DNA from: a virus | Lineage: Duplodnaviria > Heunggongvirae > Uroviricota > Caudoviricetes | DNA: 64,000 bases | Direction: 5' to 3' (one strand) | IMG/VR virus record: IMGVR_UViG_3300044675_001501 | Coordinates: 1 to 64,000 of that record | The notes under the pieces: model-generated | Seen by the model: the letters and a program-made list of their open reading frames with translations, nothing else | Databases searched by the model: none | Told to the model about the DNA's origin: nothing | Program-made: the position numbers and the translations under genes | Shown here: positions 23,852 through 33,500 of the stretch, piece by piece | Position numbering within the stretch: position 1 is the first letter of the stretch | How the letters are laid out: each line of letters starts with the position of its first letter

Positions 23852-24445
23852 TTAGATACGAATTGGTAGCGAACCAATAGGTGTGTCAACAGATACATTA
23901 ACTCCAATGCCACTGCTAGTAGCTGTATTAGATGTCCAGTAGTTGTATTGGAACTCTACTGTAAATTCTTCAACAGCGTTAGTTGTGTCGAAGTTCAATT
24001 CAATTGCGCCGATACTAATTGGATACGCATCAACAAACTTGTAAGTTTTAACGATAGCACCGCTACGATCTAACTGATGAACTGTTAGGTCGGTTTGGTA
24101 TTCACGTGGGTTAGTTCTACCGTTTGTTGTTGCTAAGTTTTGTACTCCATTTGACCATACTTCCATCGCATTGCGAATAGTAAATGTAGTGTCATTTAGA
24201 ATAGTTACTGACCATGGGGCGAAGGTACGCTCACCAGCTACGTTAACAACACGACCACGATAGTTTAGTGGGATGTTCTCAACGGTTGATGCTGGCAACT
24301 GAGCACCTTTACACATAAACTGCGCTTGTTGCCCTACTAAAACACCAGCGGTAACGTAAGATGGGAATGATAACTCAACTCTAAATTGGTTAGCACGTGC
24401 ACCACCTCCGATAAGCTGCGCTTTAAAATCTGAAATGTTTGCCAT
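23852..24445 (-). CDS. gp19: tail tube protein gp19
   Basis: The N-terminus (F......GGARAN.F.V...FP) is typical of gp19. It is 197 aa and lies downstream of gp18. Confidence 0.88.
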   Translation of the reverse strand: MANISDFKAQLIGGGARANQFRVELSFPSYVTAGVLVGQQAQFMCKGAQLPASTVENIPLNYRGRVVNVAGERTFAPWSVTILNDTTFTIRNAMEVWSNGVQNLATTNGRTNPREYQTDLTVHQLDRSGAIVKTYKFVDAYPISIGAIELNFDTTNAVEEFTVEFQYNYWTSNTATSSGIGVNVSVDTPIGSLPIRI

Positions 24446-24474
24446 TTAAATCTCCTGTTGTGACTTCTTTATAT

Positions 24475-24482
24475 TATTTATC
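24475..24482 (-). promoter_or_regulatory. candidate late promoter (GATAAATA, NATAAATA class)
   Basis: Matches the ATAAATA core 30 nt upstream of the gp19 ATG and overlaps the gp18 stop. Confidence 0.4.
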
Positions 24483-26670
24483 CACCAATTTCATCAAAGT
24501 TTACAGCTGAACGAGCAGCTACAAAGGTTAGAGTAATGAAGTTGATAGAACGGTTTGGTTTGATAAAGATTTCAGCAACAAACTCGTTACGGTCAACGAC
24601 CTCAGCTGTATTGTTGGAATCGTCACACTTAACACGGAAATCTATAATACCACGACGACCTTGAACGTCACGTAGGAATGGTTCAACTAGATTACGGAAC
24701 TGAGCACGTGTAAAACTGTCGTTGAATTCAAACAACTGGAACTTCGCTGCAGTTGAAATAGATTTCTCAAGAGTAATGAATAGGCGACGAACGTTGATGC
24801 GATCAAATGCGCTTGGCTTAGATAGCATTGTCTTATCACCGAACAGAACAGTACCTTGTCCTGGGAATGTAACAACTGGATTAATACCTGCTTTGTAAAG
24901 AGTGTCACGCTCAGTCTTGCTTGGTGTAACAGCCAATTTAATAACATTCTTAACCTGACCACGAGTAAATCCACCTGGAGAGAACCATGGGTCAGCAGTA
25001 AAGTCAGTTCTTGCGCAAATACCAGCGATGTCACCGTTTAGTGGAACATAACGATACTTGTCGTTATAACGGTCATACTGATACTTGTAACCAGAATCAC
25101 AAACTGCGTAGCTGCTACTTGGTAGAGCATTGCGATATGCGATTAATTCATCAACATAATCTGCAGTTTGTTGTGTGATTGGATCGCCGTTACCCATTTG
25201 TGGAGAAACGAATACGATACAATCTTTTCTAAATTCTGCAACGTTGTTGATAACCCAAGTTGCAACAGCAGTAGAAGCTGCGCCTACTGGAATTAATGAG
25301 ATGTCATATAGTTCATCATTTTTAAAGATCTCATATCCAGCTTGTAGAGCTGCGTCAGATACGCTAAAGTCATCAACACCACCAGATAGTGTAGAAGTTT
25401 GAGCTGCTGTTAGTGCCTTAAATGCAGAACTTGTCATGTTTTCGATACGAACACCCCAAGCATTTCCTGTGTTAGCGATAGCAGTTGGGTGATCCATCCA
25501 CCACACATACTTAGATGATTGATTCATAACATCTCTGTAGTATGCGTTAGAACCATCAACACGCTTTGCGCCATCAGCTTTAGAAACGTAAGAATACTTT
25601 TCTAGAGTAGAACCAGCAACACCAGTCCATAGACCTAGAGAGTCGATAACGATAATATGAACTTCGTCTAATGCTGCGTTCTTGCCGTTATTAGTAGCCC
25701 ATGGCGATGTTCCTGGAGCAGTATCAAATTCTGCTTTATATGTCCAAGTATCGAATGTTGCGCTGTCGGCGATAGAAACTGTAATTGAGTTTCCTAGAGC
25801 ACCTGGGAATTTCGCAGCCCAGCTACCAACTAGACCTTGACCAGTTGAGTATGCTGCTAGATATTCTTCAGTGTTTTTAATTTTAACACCAGCTGTTGTA
25901 ACTGTTGCTGTTGCTGTTGCGCCAGTACCGTTACCACCAGTTACGTTTACTGTTGGTGCAGTGCTATAACCAGTACCTGCTGTTCCAACAGAGATAGAAG
26001 CAACTGCGAAACCAAGAGTTGCTGTTGCTGTTGCGATAGAAGTGATAGTGTCGCCAGCATCTGGAGTAATAACTACTGTTGGTGCGCTGGTATAACCAGA
26101 ACCACCTGCTGTTACGTTAATTGCAGTAACTGCGCCACCAGAAACAGTTGCTGTTGCAGTAGCACCTGTACCACCACCGCCAGTAAAGGTAATAGTAGGA
26201 GCAGTAGTATATCCTGCGCCACCACCTGATACTGCTATTGTCTTAACAGCACCTGCTGTTGCTAGAGTAGCAGTAGCAACTGCTTGAACGCCACCAGAAA
26301 TATCTGGTGCTGCGATAGCAACCACTGGTGCGCTAGTATAACCTGTTCCACCTGCACTAAGCGCTACTCCAACAGAACCAGTCTTAACAGCAACTGCGTT
26401 TCTTAGGTTTGGCGAATCAATACGGACGGTCAAAAGGTTGTTTGCGTATGATAAAAAGTTGGCAGCTACTAAAAATGACTGCCAGTTTGCATCTGTTGGT
26501 TTTCCAAAACGATCTGCTAGACTGTTTTCTGAGGAAACTTGAACTGGGTCAAGAACTGGACCCCACTGGAATGATCCAGCAAACGCTCCTGCAGAAGTAG
26601 AAACCGCTGGAACAATTGAAGAGAAATCTTTCTCTACAACTGAAACTCCTGGACTAAGTTGGAAAGGCAT
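24478..26670 (-). CDS. gp18: contractile tail sheath protein gp18 with inserted repeat domain
   Basis: The N-terminus (LSPGV.V.E.D.S...........A.AG.FQWGPV) and the C-terminal gp18 motifs are present. Residues of about 100-255 carry four copies of the G-G-x-G-Y-T-x-A-P-x-V repeat. Confidence 0.9.
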   Translation of the reverse strand: MPFQLSPGVSVVEKDFSSIVPAVSTSAGAFAGSFQWGPVLDPVQVSSENSLADRFGKPTDANWQSFLVAANFLSYANNLLTVRIDSPNLRNAVAVKTGSVGVALSAGGTGYTSAPVVAIAAPDISGGVQAVATATLATAGAVKTIAVSGGGAGYTTAPTITFTGGGGTGATATATVSGGAVTAINVTAGGSGYTSAPTVVITPDAGDTITSIATATATLGFAVASISVGTAGTGYSTAPTVNVTGGNGTGATATATVTTAGVKIKNTEEYLAAYSTGQGLVGSWAAKFPGALGNSITVSIADSATFDTWTYKAEFDTAPGTSPWATNNGKNAALDEVHIIVIDSLGLWTGVAGSTLEKYSYVSKADGAKRVDGSNAYYRDVMNQSSKYVWWMDHPTAIANTGNAWGVRIENMTSSAFKALTAAQTSTLSGGVDDFSVSDAALQAGYEIFKNDELYDISLIPVGAASTAVATWVINNVAEFRKDCIVFVSPQMGNGDPITQQTADYVDELIAYRNALPSSSYAVCDSGYKYQYDRYNDKYRYVPLNGDIAGICARTDFTADPWFSPGGFTRGQVKNVIKLAVTPSKTERDTLYKAGINPVVTFPGQGTVLFGDKTMLSKPSAFDRINVRRLFITLEKSISTAAKFQLFEFNDSFTRAQFRNLVEPFLRDVQGRRGIIDFRVKCDDSNNTAEVVDRNEFVAEIFIKPNRSINFITLTFVAARSAVNFDEIGG
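25905..26375 (-). repeat. four 37-40-aa GxGYTxAPxV repeats inserted in the sheath gene
   Basis: The repeat cores read [63 protein letters not shown] and [26 protein letters not shown]. This is the same family as the array in 56580-58935. Confidence 0.8.
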
Positions 26671-26736
26671 TGTAATTCTCCTTATTACATTTTACATGTT
26701 ATTCTTTTGCTTTGAAGAGCACAAACTTCATAAGAT

Positions 26737-26744
26737 TATTTATT
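26737..26744 (-). promoter_or_regulatory. candidate late promoter (AATAAATA, NATAAATA class)
   Basis: Lies in the 86-bp gap upstream of gp18. Confidence 0.35.
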
Positions 26745-26756
26745 AAAATCGGTATT

Positions 26757-28337
26757 TTAGAAGTTGTATATGGGTTTCTCCTCATCTGGAGTTCCGTCAT
26801 CGAAAAATCCAAATGGGGTTAGTTCATCTTCAATTGCCTTTAGTTGTTTCTCGTAAATTAATTTTCTCAAGTTTAGATTATTCAAGTCCTTAAAATAAGG
26901 GTTTGTTGATAACCAAGAAAAGAGAACCAGAGTCATAACTAAATCGTCATAGTACCCATCGTCAGCTGCAAAAGAATTCCTCTTTTCAATAAATGTAGAA
27001 AGTTCAGATATAATATCAGCGTCAGTAATAATGAGTTTTTTCTCCTCGATAAAACTCTTCAAAACTGAACAGCCGATTCGTTTGACTTTTTTGTCTGTTG
27101 TTACACCATATTTTGTTCTGCCGCCACCAAATCCACCGTTTACAGTTTGTCCTTGGTTGCCTCTATTAACGAACAACATATTCTCATACTCAAGTTCCCC
27201 ATACAGGATGTCAGCAACCTGTGGGTCTGAGTTAACCTCAATCAGAACATAAGCATTGTTGTATTGTTTCGCTATTTTCTCGATAATGTTTGGATACAAC
27301 AAGGGACTTACTTTGTTACTTCTATATTTAGCGTTTATGAAATACGGAGTTGTAGTAATGTCTATTACCGTAAATGCGCTGTAGTCGCCGTCAAGACCCT
27401 GTGAGGTGTCTGCTACAAGAACATAAGTGTGGTCTTTTTCTGGCTTATTAAAGATGTCAAGACCTTCGTTATTATAGATAGGTTTAATCGGCGACATCTG
27501 AGCGATGACATCAGCATTAATAAGAGTAAGAGAAGAACCAAGGAATTTACACAGAACCTCTTGGTTATATTTAAGGTCGCCAAGTTGACGACGCTGTTCT
27601 TCTGCCCATTTCGCATCTCTACCTGGAATTTCCCAATATGGAATAAACAATGGAACAAAGTCATTATACTTCTGTTCAGCATCGTTCCAGAATTTCCAGA
27701 AATGATTATATCCAAGTGGAGTTGATGTTATCAAAATCTTGGTTGACGTACCAGCAGAAATTGTAGGATATATAGAAGTGAAGAACTGTTCTGCAATTTG
27801 ATTAGGAATAATCGCAGCCTCGTCAATATACAACATGTTAACAGATTTAGAACGAATACCAGAAGCTGTAGTAGCTGCAGTAAAAACCTTTGAACCGTTC
27901 TCTAATTCAACGTCGCCCTTGTTCCATGTTTTAACACCTTGCTGCATCCACAGAGGTAAATTCTCGTACATTAATTGATAACGAGAAAGTATTTCTCTAG
28001 ATGTAGCAGCTTTGTTCGCTAGAATAGCGACATTCTTATTGTCATTAAAAATAGTATACCAAAGAATATAACCAGCAGCTGTAGTTGTTTTACCCTGCTG
28101 ACGACCTTCCATAATAATTACTTTACGATTGTCGTGAATCGTTCTTACTTTTTTCTTTTGACATTCGTATAATTTAAACTGTTGAAGACCATGATCGAGT
28201 GTAACAATATAACAGTAATTATCAATAAAGTAGACTGGGTCTTCTTTACATTTTAGATACTCTTTAATTGTTTCTTCTGTAAATTCTACAGGTACACCAA
28301 CAGCTTTTAAATTCGCATTAGCATTATAATTCTTCAT
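26757..28337 (-). CDS. gp17: terminase large subunit gp17
   Basis: Contains Walker A GRQQGKTT, Walker B (LYIDEAA) and a C-terminal RNase-H-like nuclease region. The size of 526 aa fits. Confidence 0.92.
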   Translation of the reverse strand: MKNYNANANLKAVGVPVEFTEETIKEYLKCKEDPVYFIDNYCYIVTLDHGLQQFKLYECQKKKVRTIHDNRKVIIMEGRQQGKTTTAAGYILWYTIFNDNKNVAILANKAATSREILSRYQLMYENLPLWMQQGVKTWNKGDVELENGSKVFTAATTASGIRSKSVNMLYIDEAAIIPNQIAEQFFTSIYPTISAGTSTKILITSTPLGYNHFWKFWNDAEQKYNDFVPLFIPYWEIPGRDAKWAEEQRRQLGDLKYNQEVLCKFLGSSLTLINADVIAQMSPIKPIYNNEGLDIFNKPEKDHTYVLVADTSQGLDGDYSAFTVIDITTTPYFINAKYRSNKVSPLLYPNIIEKIAKQYNNAYVLIEVNSDPQVADILYGELEYENMLFVNRGNQGQTVNGGFGGGRTKYGVTTDKKVKRIGCSVLKSFIEEKKLIITDADIISELSTFIEKRNSFAADDGYYDDLVMTLVLFSWLSTNPYFKDLNNLNLRKLIYEKQLKAIEDELTPFGFFDDGTPDEEKPIYNF

Positions 28338-29086
28338 TATTCCCAGCCTTCAATTATCGCTGATCCAGGTGTTTCTTGTGTTGCTGAATATGTTGATGTT
28401 TCAATATCAAACTGATTAGTTTGAGAAATGCTTGCATTGATAGTTCTAATAATACCGTTCTTAGAAACAGGTCCAAACAAATTAAGTTTAAGAGTAAATG
28501 TCATAGTATAAGTAACAAATCTTCTTGTCTGAAAATCACCATCATAATCATCTTGAATACTTACGCTATTTAGAATAATTGGAATGTCCTGAACTACATT
28601 CATTTCTGGAACAACATTAAGAGATAGTGTAAACTCTGGTGTAAAATATGGAAGGATCTGCTCTACTATTTGCAAACAGTCTTCTTGGGTTTTAGCGATA
28701 GCATAAAGGGATATGTCAATATTATATGGAACAGGCGAGAACATTTGATCTCTGCCACCATTATCTTTAACGCAAACCAATTTATTCATTCTATTTACTT
28801 TTCTTGTTGCGTCATACGCAATATTAGTAACTTCGAATGAAAGTCTTGGTAGAGTTGTATAAACTTGATTTTCTAAAGTTGGATCTGAGTCAACACGAAC
28901 AATCCACTTTTCTTTAGGTGCGTAAGCAATAGGAACATCAACAGTTTGAATTGTGTCCCCAGTGTTTCCGTATTCGGCGCTATTCTCTTTTAACTTTCTT
29001 TCAATTTTAATGTTACTAAAAAGGCTACCGAAGGCTACGATAGTCTTTCTAATTACACCATGATAGAATGTTTGACCTTTTAACAT
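28337..29086 (-). CDS. gp15: tail sheath stabiliser / tail completion protein gp15
   Basis: Matches T4 gp15 motifs: G.LFSNI.I.R, VPI.YA.KE and LPR(L/I)(S/N). Confidence 0.8.
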   Translation of the reverse strand: MLKGQTFYHGVIRKTIVAFGSLFSNIKIERKLKENSAEYGNTGDTIQTVDVPIAYAPKEKWIVRVDSDPTLENQVYTTLPRLSFEVTNIAYDATRKVNRMNKLVCVKDNGGRDQMFSPVPYNIDISLYAIAKTQEDCLQIVEQILPYFTPEFTLSLNVVPEMNVVQDIPIILNSVSIQDDYDGDFQTRRFVTYTMTFTLKLNLFGPVSKNGIIRTINASISQTNQFDIETSTYSATQETPGSAIIEGWE

Positions 29087-29799
29087 TATACGATATCCCC
29101 AAACGGATTATCTTCATTAAAGATAATATCTCTCATTTCTTTTCTAAACTTCTCATTGTCTCCGAATGAAGTAACTTCATCTGTTCCGTAACCACCACCA
29201 AGCTGTTGACCATTTTCTGCAAGCATTAGATCGCCAGTTTCTAGTAGTAAACCATATTCTCCGTAAGACTTTAGTTCTTCGAAAACATCAATATCAGGGA
29301 TACCAGTTTGGATTGTCTCAGAAGCATACTGGAACAATTCAACTTGTAGTTTGTAAATATAGAGTTTGCCTAATTGAAAGAATGGATCTAGATGATCAAC
29401 ATACTTAATTTCAAACAAACCTTTTGTTAGTGGGAAATATAATAGGTCGCCTTCTGCTGGTCTAGCTGGGATAATCGTTTGACCGAATCTACCAATAAGC
29501 TGATCCCATCTACGTCTTGCTACTGTGAAGGTTGCGCTTGATTCATTAAACAAACCGAACTTTTGAATAAAAGAACCTTGACCACCGTAGTCAGTAACAT
29601 TCTCAAAATACATCTCAATTGGGTATGCATCTAAGAACTGGCTTAAACGATCTTCGCCTAAGATCTCATCTTTACCTACAAGTTTTCTTGGAATGTAAAA
29701 CATATCCTGTCCATAGATGGACAGGGACTCAACTATTAGGTCTTCAATAAGATACTGTTCGTTCTTTGTGCCATGACTAAAGTAGACATTTCTTGTCAT
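29086..29799 (-). CDS. gp14: neck protein gp14
   Basis: The N-terminal motif G...EQ.LIEDLI.ES..IYGQD..YIPR, the size, and the position between gp13 and gp15 all fit gp14. Confidence 0.7.
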   Translation of the reverse strand: MTRNVYFSHGTKNEQYLIEDLIVESLSIYGQDMFYIPRKLVGKDEILGEDRLSQFLDAYPIEMYFENVTDYGGQGSFIQKFGLFNESSATFTVARRRWDQLIGRFGQTIIPARPAEGDLLYFPLTKGLFEIKYVDHLDPFFQLGKLYIYKLQVELFQYASETIQTGIPDIDVFEELKSYGEYGLLLETGDLMLAENGQQLGGGYGTDEVTSFGDNEKFRKEMRDIIFNEDNPFGDIV

Positions 29800-29801
29800 T
29801 T

Positions 29802-30548
29802 TTATCCCATAAAGAATTCTAGCGGAGCAGCCTTAGTAATTAAGTCTTCTTCTAATTCCTTTATTTCTTCGACTGCTTCTTGATATAATTTATCGCCATC
29901 AATTACAACACCACCTGGTAATTGTAATCCTTGGAATTTCTTTAGGTTAGTTCCCCACTGTTTCTTAAACAATGCAGTTGTAAACTTCTTTAGCCAAGTT
30001 TCGTTTAACATTCTTGGGAATGTTGCTGGATCTAAAGCACGATAACACTCAACTAGAACATACTCACCAACATTAATATCACTTTCCCAGTTAATATCTA
30101 GGTGTAATCTATTTTGAAATCTATTAAAACGATAAAGAGTATGTCCATTTAGAACCATGTCAAGCAAAGCAAGATGTCCTCTTACCATTTCATAATAGAT
30201 TATAGATGTGCTTGTTAAGTCGTAAAGATCGTGAAGACGTAGTTGGTATTGCATATCAAACATATTACGACTAGAGCCAGAAGCGCCAGAACCACCTGTT
30301 GGGAAAACTCTAGTAATACCATAAACAATATCAGGGATTGGAATATATCTATTTGTCTTATCTGTTTCGGTAATCTGATGTTTTAAATAAAACTTTTCAG
30401 TACCTTCATGGTGATATACTCTAAACTTCTCGATAGCATCATCAATTCTGTCCTCTAGTTGATCGTCGTCTACGTTGATCTCGAGAACTGGTGCGCCCAG
30501 TTCTCTTAAGCAGTACTCTTTTAATTGTTCTCTAGTAGCAACAGCCAT
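29802..30548 (-). CDS. gp13: neck protein gp13
   Basis: The N-terminal motif QLKEYCLR.LG.PV..I.V.D.Q..DR..DA...F..YH..G and the position upstream of gp14 fit gp13. Confidence 0.7.
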   Translation of the reverse strand: MAVATREQLKEYCLRELGAPVLEINVDDDQLEDRIDDAIEKFRVYHHEGTEKFYLKHQITETDKTNRYIPIPDIVYGITRVFPTGGSGASGSSRNMFDMQYQLRLHDLYDLTSTSIIYYEMVRGHLALLDMVLNGHTLYRFNRFQNRLHLDINWESDINVGEYVLVECYRALDPATFPRMLNETWLKKFTTALFKKQWGTNLKKFQGLQLPGGVVIDGDKLYQEAVEEIKELEEDLITKAAPLEFFMG

Positions 30549-30557
30549 TTTGTTTCC

Positions 30558-33500
30558 TTATGCTTGTGATTCAGTCCAAGACAGACGGCAAGAAGCAGCG
30601 AACGTAGCAGCAGCAGTAACGTCAGAAGCTAGACCAATGTATCTCATACGTAGAGTCAATACGTCTGGACCGTCAGGGAATACACCGTTACCGCCCATAA
30701 TAGAGTTACCAAGAGTTGCAATTTCACGTAGGTCAATAGAGGTCAATGCTTGAGCTCTGTTGTTTGGTGTTGTCAACTGGTTTCCAGGTGGAACACGGAA
30801 CGAGAAGATAACAGAACCTTGGTCAATTGTGTCAGAAATGTTATGGTAAACAACCTGACTCAATGAAGGAGCAGTAACACGCTTCCAATCCAAGTTATCC
30901 AAGTCAGCATTCAGAACCAGAGACAATTCAATCTCGTGGGTTGAAAGAACGTCAAGAGCTTTCAAGTTCAATTGCATGCGGTTAATAATTTCTCTTTCTC
31001 CAAGTAATCCTGGAATACCATTATCAACAGAAGGCGATAGACGTAAAGACAATAGAGGAATTGTTTTAGTCAAATCAACAGCCTGTGAAACTGTATATGT
31101 AGTATTTGTCGCTTGGATAGAAGAAGGTCTTGCGTTAACAACCAATAAGTTTTTAAGAATATTAGATGTTGGAGAAACTCTGACCTGACGCAAATATGGT
31201 TGACTACCGATAGATGAGTTGGTTGGGTTTGCAGTTAATGTACCAGCAACAATACCATTTCCTGATATACCAGAATTAGCATTAATAGAAAAATATGTAT
31301 CTGCATGAGTAGGAATTTCAATAGCAAAACCAATTTCACCAATCAGCTTACCGCCATTGTTATAAGCATACCATTTTCCTAGTTCGAATGCGTTACCAGC
31401 TGTAACTCCACCAGCTGCGGCAAGACTTGGTGCTACTGCGGTACAAACAAAACTTGTTCCAACGTTGTTGTTTGCTGCTCCATATGAAGTCCAAGTTGTT
31501 GATCCTGCCGTATTAATTGTATAAGAACGACCGATAACTAAATTGTTTGCTGTAAAGGTTTGAGATACTGATGCTTGTGTTCCACCAGTAACGCTAATTG
31601 TGCCAGAAGTACCAGTAGAAGTACGAATCTGGTTAGAAGTAGCGGAGAACAAGTATGCTTTATCGTCATCGAAACCACCGTCCATAATAACGGAAGTACC
31701 CCAGTGTGCAAGTTTAGGTATAAAGGAAGGAGAAACGCCAGTATCAACCTCATAGCGAGCTGGCAGGTTACCCGAACGTAGGTACGCTTCTGTTTCTAAG
31801 TTGTTGTGGACAATTTGGTGTACGTATCTAACAACACCATCAGTAGTTTTAAATCCAAAACGAACTTTACCAGCGCCATACCAAGAATAGTCCATGTAAG
31901 CCATCTGAATCTTACGAATATCTAAAGTATATCCTGTTGGACCACTTCCATTACATACATCTAAATTCCAGCTTGATTGTGGAACTCTAATCTCATTAGT
32001 CTTACTTACTACAACATTAGTTGATGTAGAACCTCTATATGATGGTTGAACATAGAACGTATTGTTGTTTGGAATTTCAATAACTTTATATGATTGTCCT
32101 TTAATTACAACATAATCTCCAGAGACTAATTCTGTTACGTATTGTGTTCCTGTTCCTACAATTTGATTGCTGTTAAAAATAACACTTGCAGTTCCACCTA
32201 GCTGAACTGTAGAATTTCTTCTGCATACGCTAAGAGTCGAACCATTATATTCAAAGAACATACCATTTTGATCATCAAATAAACCACAACGAACTGTTGC
32301 GTTATTCCAAGAATTTACGTAGAATTGTGGGCGACCGCTGGAAACGTTGCTATATGGGAAATTCAAACTAATTCTAAATGAATAATCATCTATAATGTCA
32401 TAAATTGTGAACGATCCATTATAGGTAGATCCAGTATCCCCAGAAATAGTAATGTCTAGACCAGCAGTACATCTGTGAGGAACACGAGTAGTTACTGTTG
32501 CATAGTAGTTACTATTACCTGTAACTGAGTTAATAGGTACTGAAGGGCTGAAGTTAATAGCAAACGAAACTTGAATGCCTTTACCTGACTGATAACGGAA
32601 ATACTTACGAGTCTGACGAACAACACGTGCGTTCGGAGAATCTGTTGAGATTAATTCAACACCACCGTCATATGGTCTATGTAACGCTGATGAGTCAGCA
32701 CGCAACAATAGACTAGAAGTAACATCATAGGTGTTTGTTGCTGGGAATCCGTGACAGTTTATTGCGTTTACAGTAGAAGCTGTTGTTGTTGCTGGGATAG
32801 TTGCAGTCGCAGCAGCATTAGTTTGCATAGTAACAACAATAGAAGTGCTATTGCTACCAGCATTAGTTTTGACAATTAATGGAATATTGTCAATCTGAGT
32901 TGTATTACCAGTTCCTGTTAAAACAATGACAGAGCCAGCAGGGAATGGGCAAGGCATTGGGAAAGCGACAGTAATATCTGGGCTGGCGCTTGTTAGTGAT
33001 ATAGAAGTTACTGGCAATTTATATTGTTCATTAATTGGGATAGTATCAACTAAGTTTAACACAGTGCGTGAGTTGACTGTGCTAATTAGAGAAACACCAG
33101 TATTTCCAGGAACAATTAAAGAAACAGTGTGAACACCTGAACCACCAGAAGCAACGATCAAGTTAGTCCCATTTACTGCATCATTATAGGTAGGAGCTAA
33201 GTTGAAGTCGGCAGCTGACGCCCATCTTACATAGTAGATACCACCGTTAATTAGACCAGTTGGTGCAGCAACAGTAGAGTTCCAGCGTACAGACATGCCT
33301 GTCAACATACCGTGCGCAGCACTAGTAAATGTTGAAGAAACGAAAGTTGTTGTTTTTGCAGTGTAAACTGCTGGGTAATTCCAATAGAAGTTATCGCCAG
33401 ATTTAAACGCAGTTGAGAAGTTTGTGTTATTACCAACTACCTTAGTTGTTCCTGCTGCTAGTGCAATAGTACCAGCACCAACAATAGAACCAACAACAGA

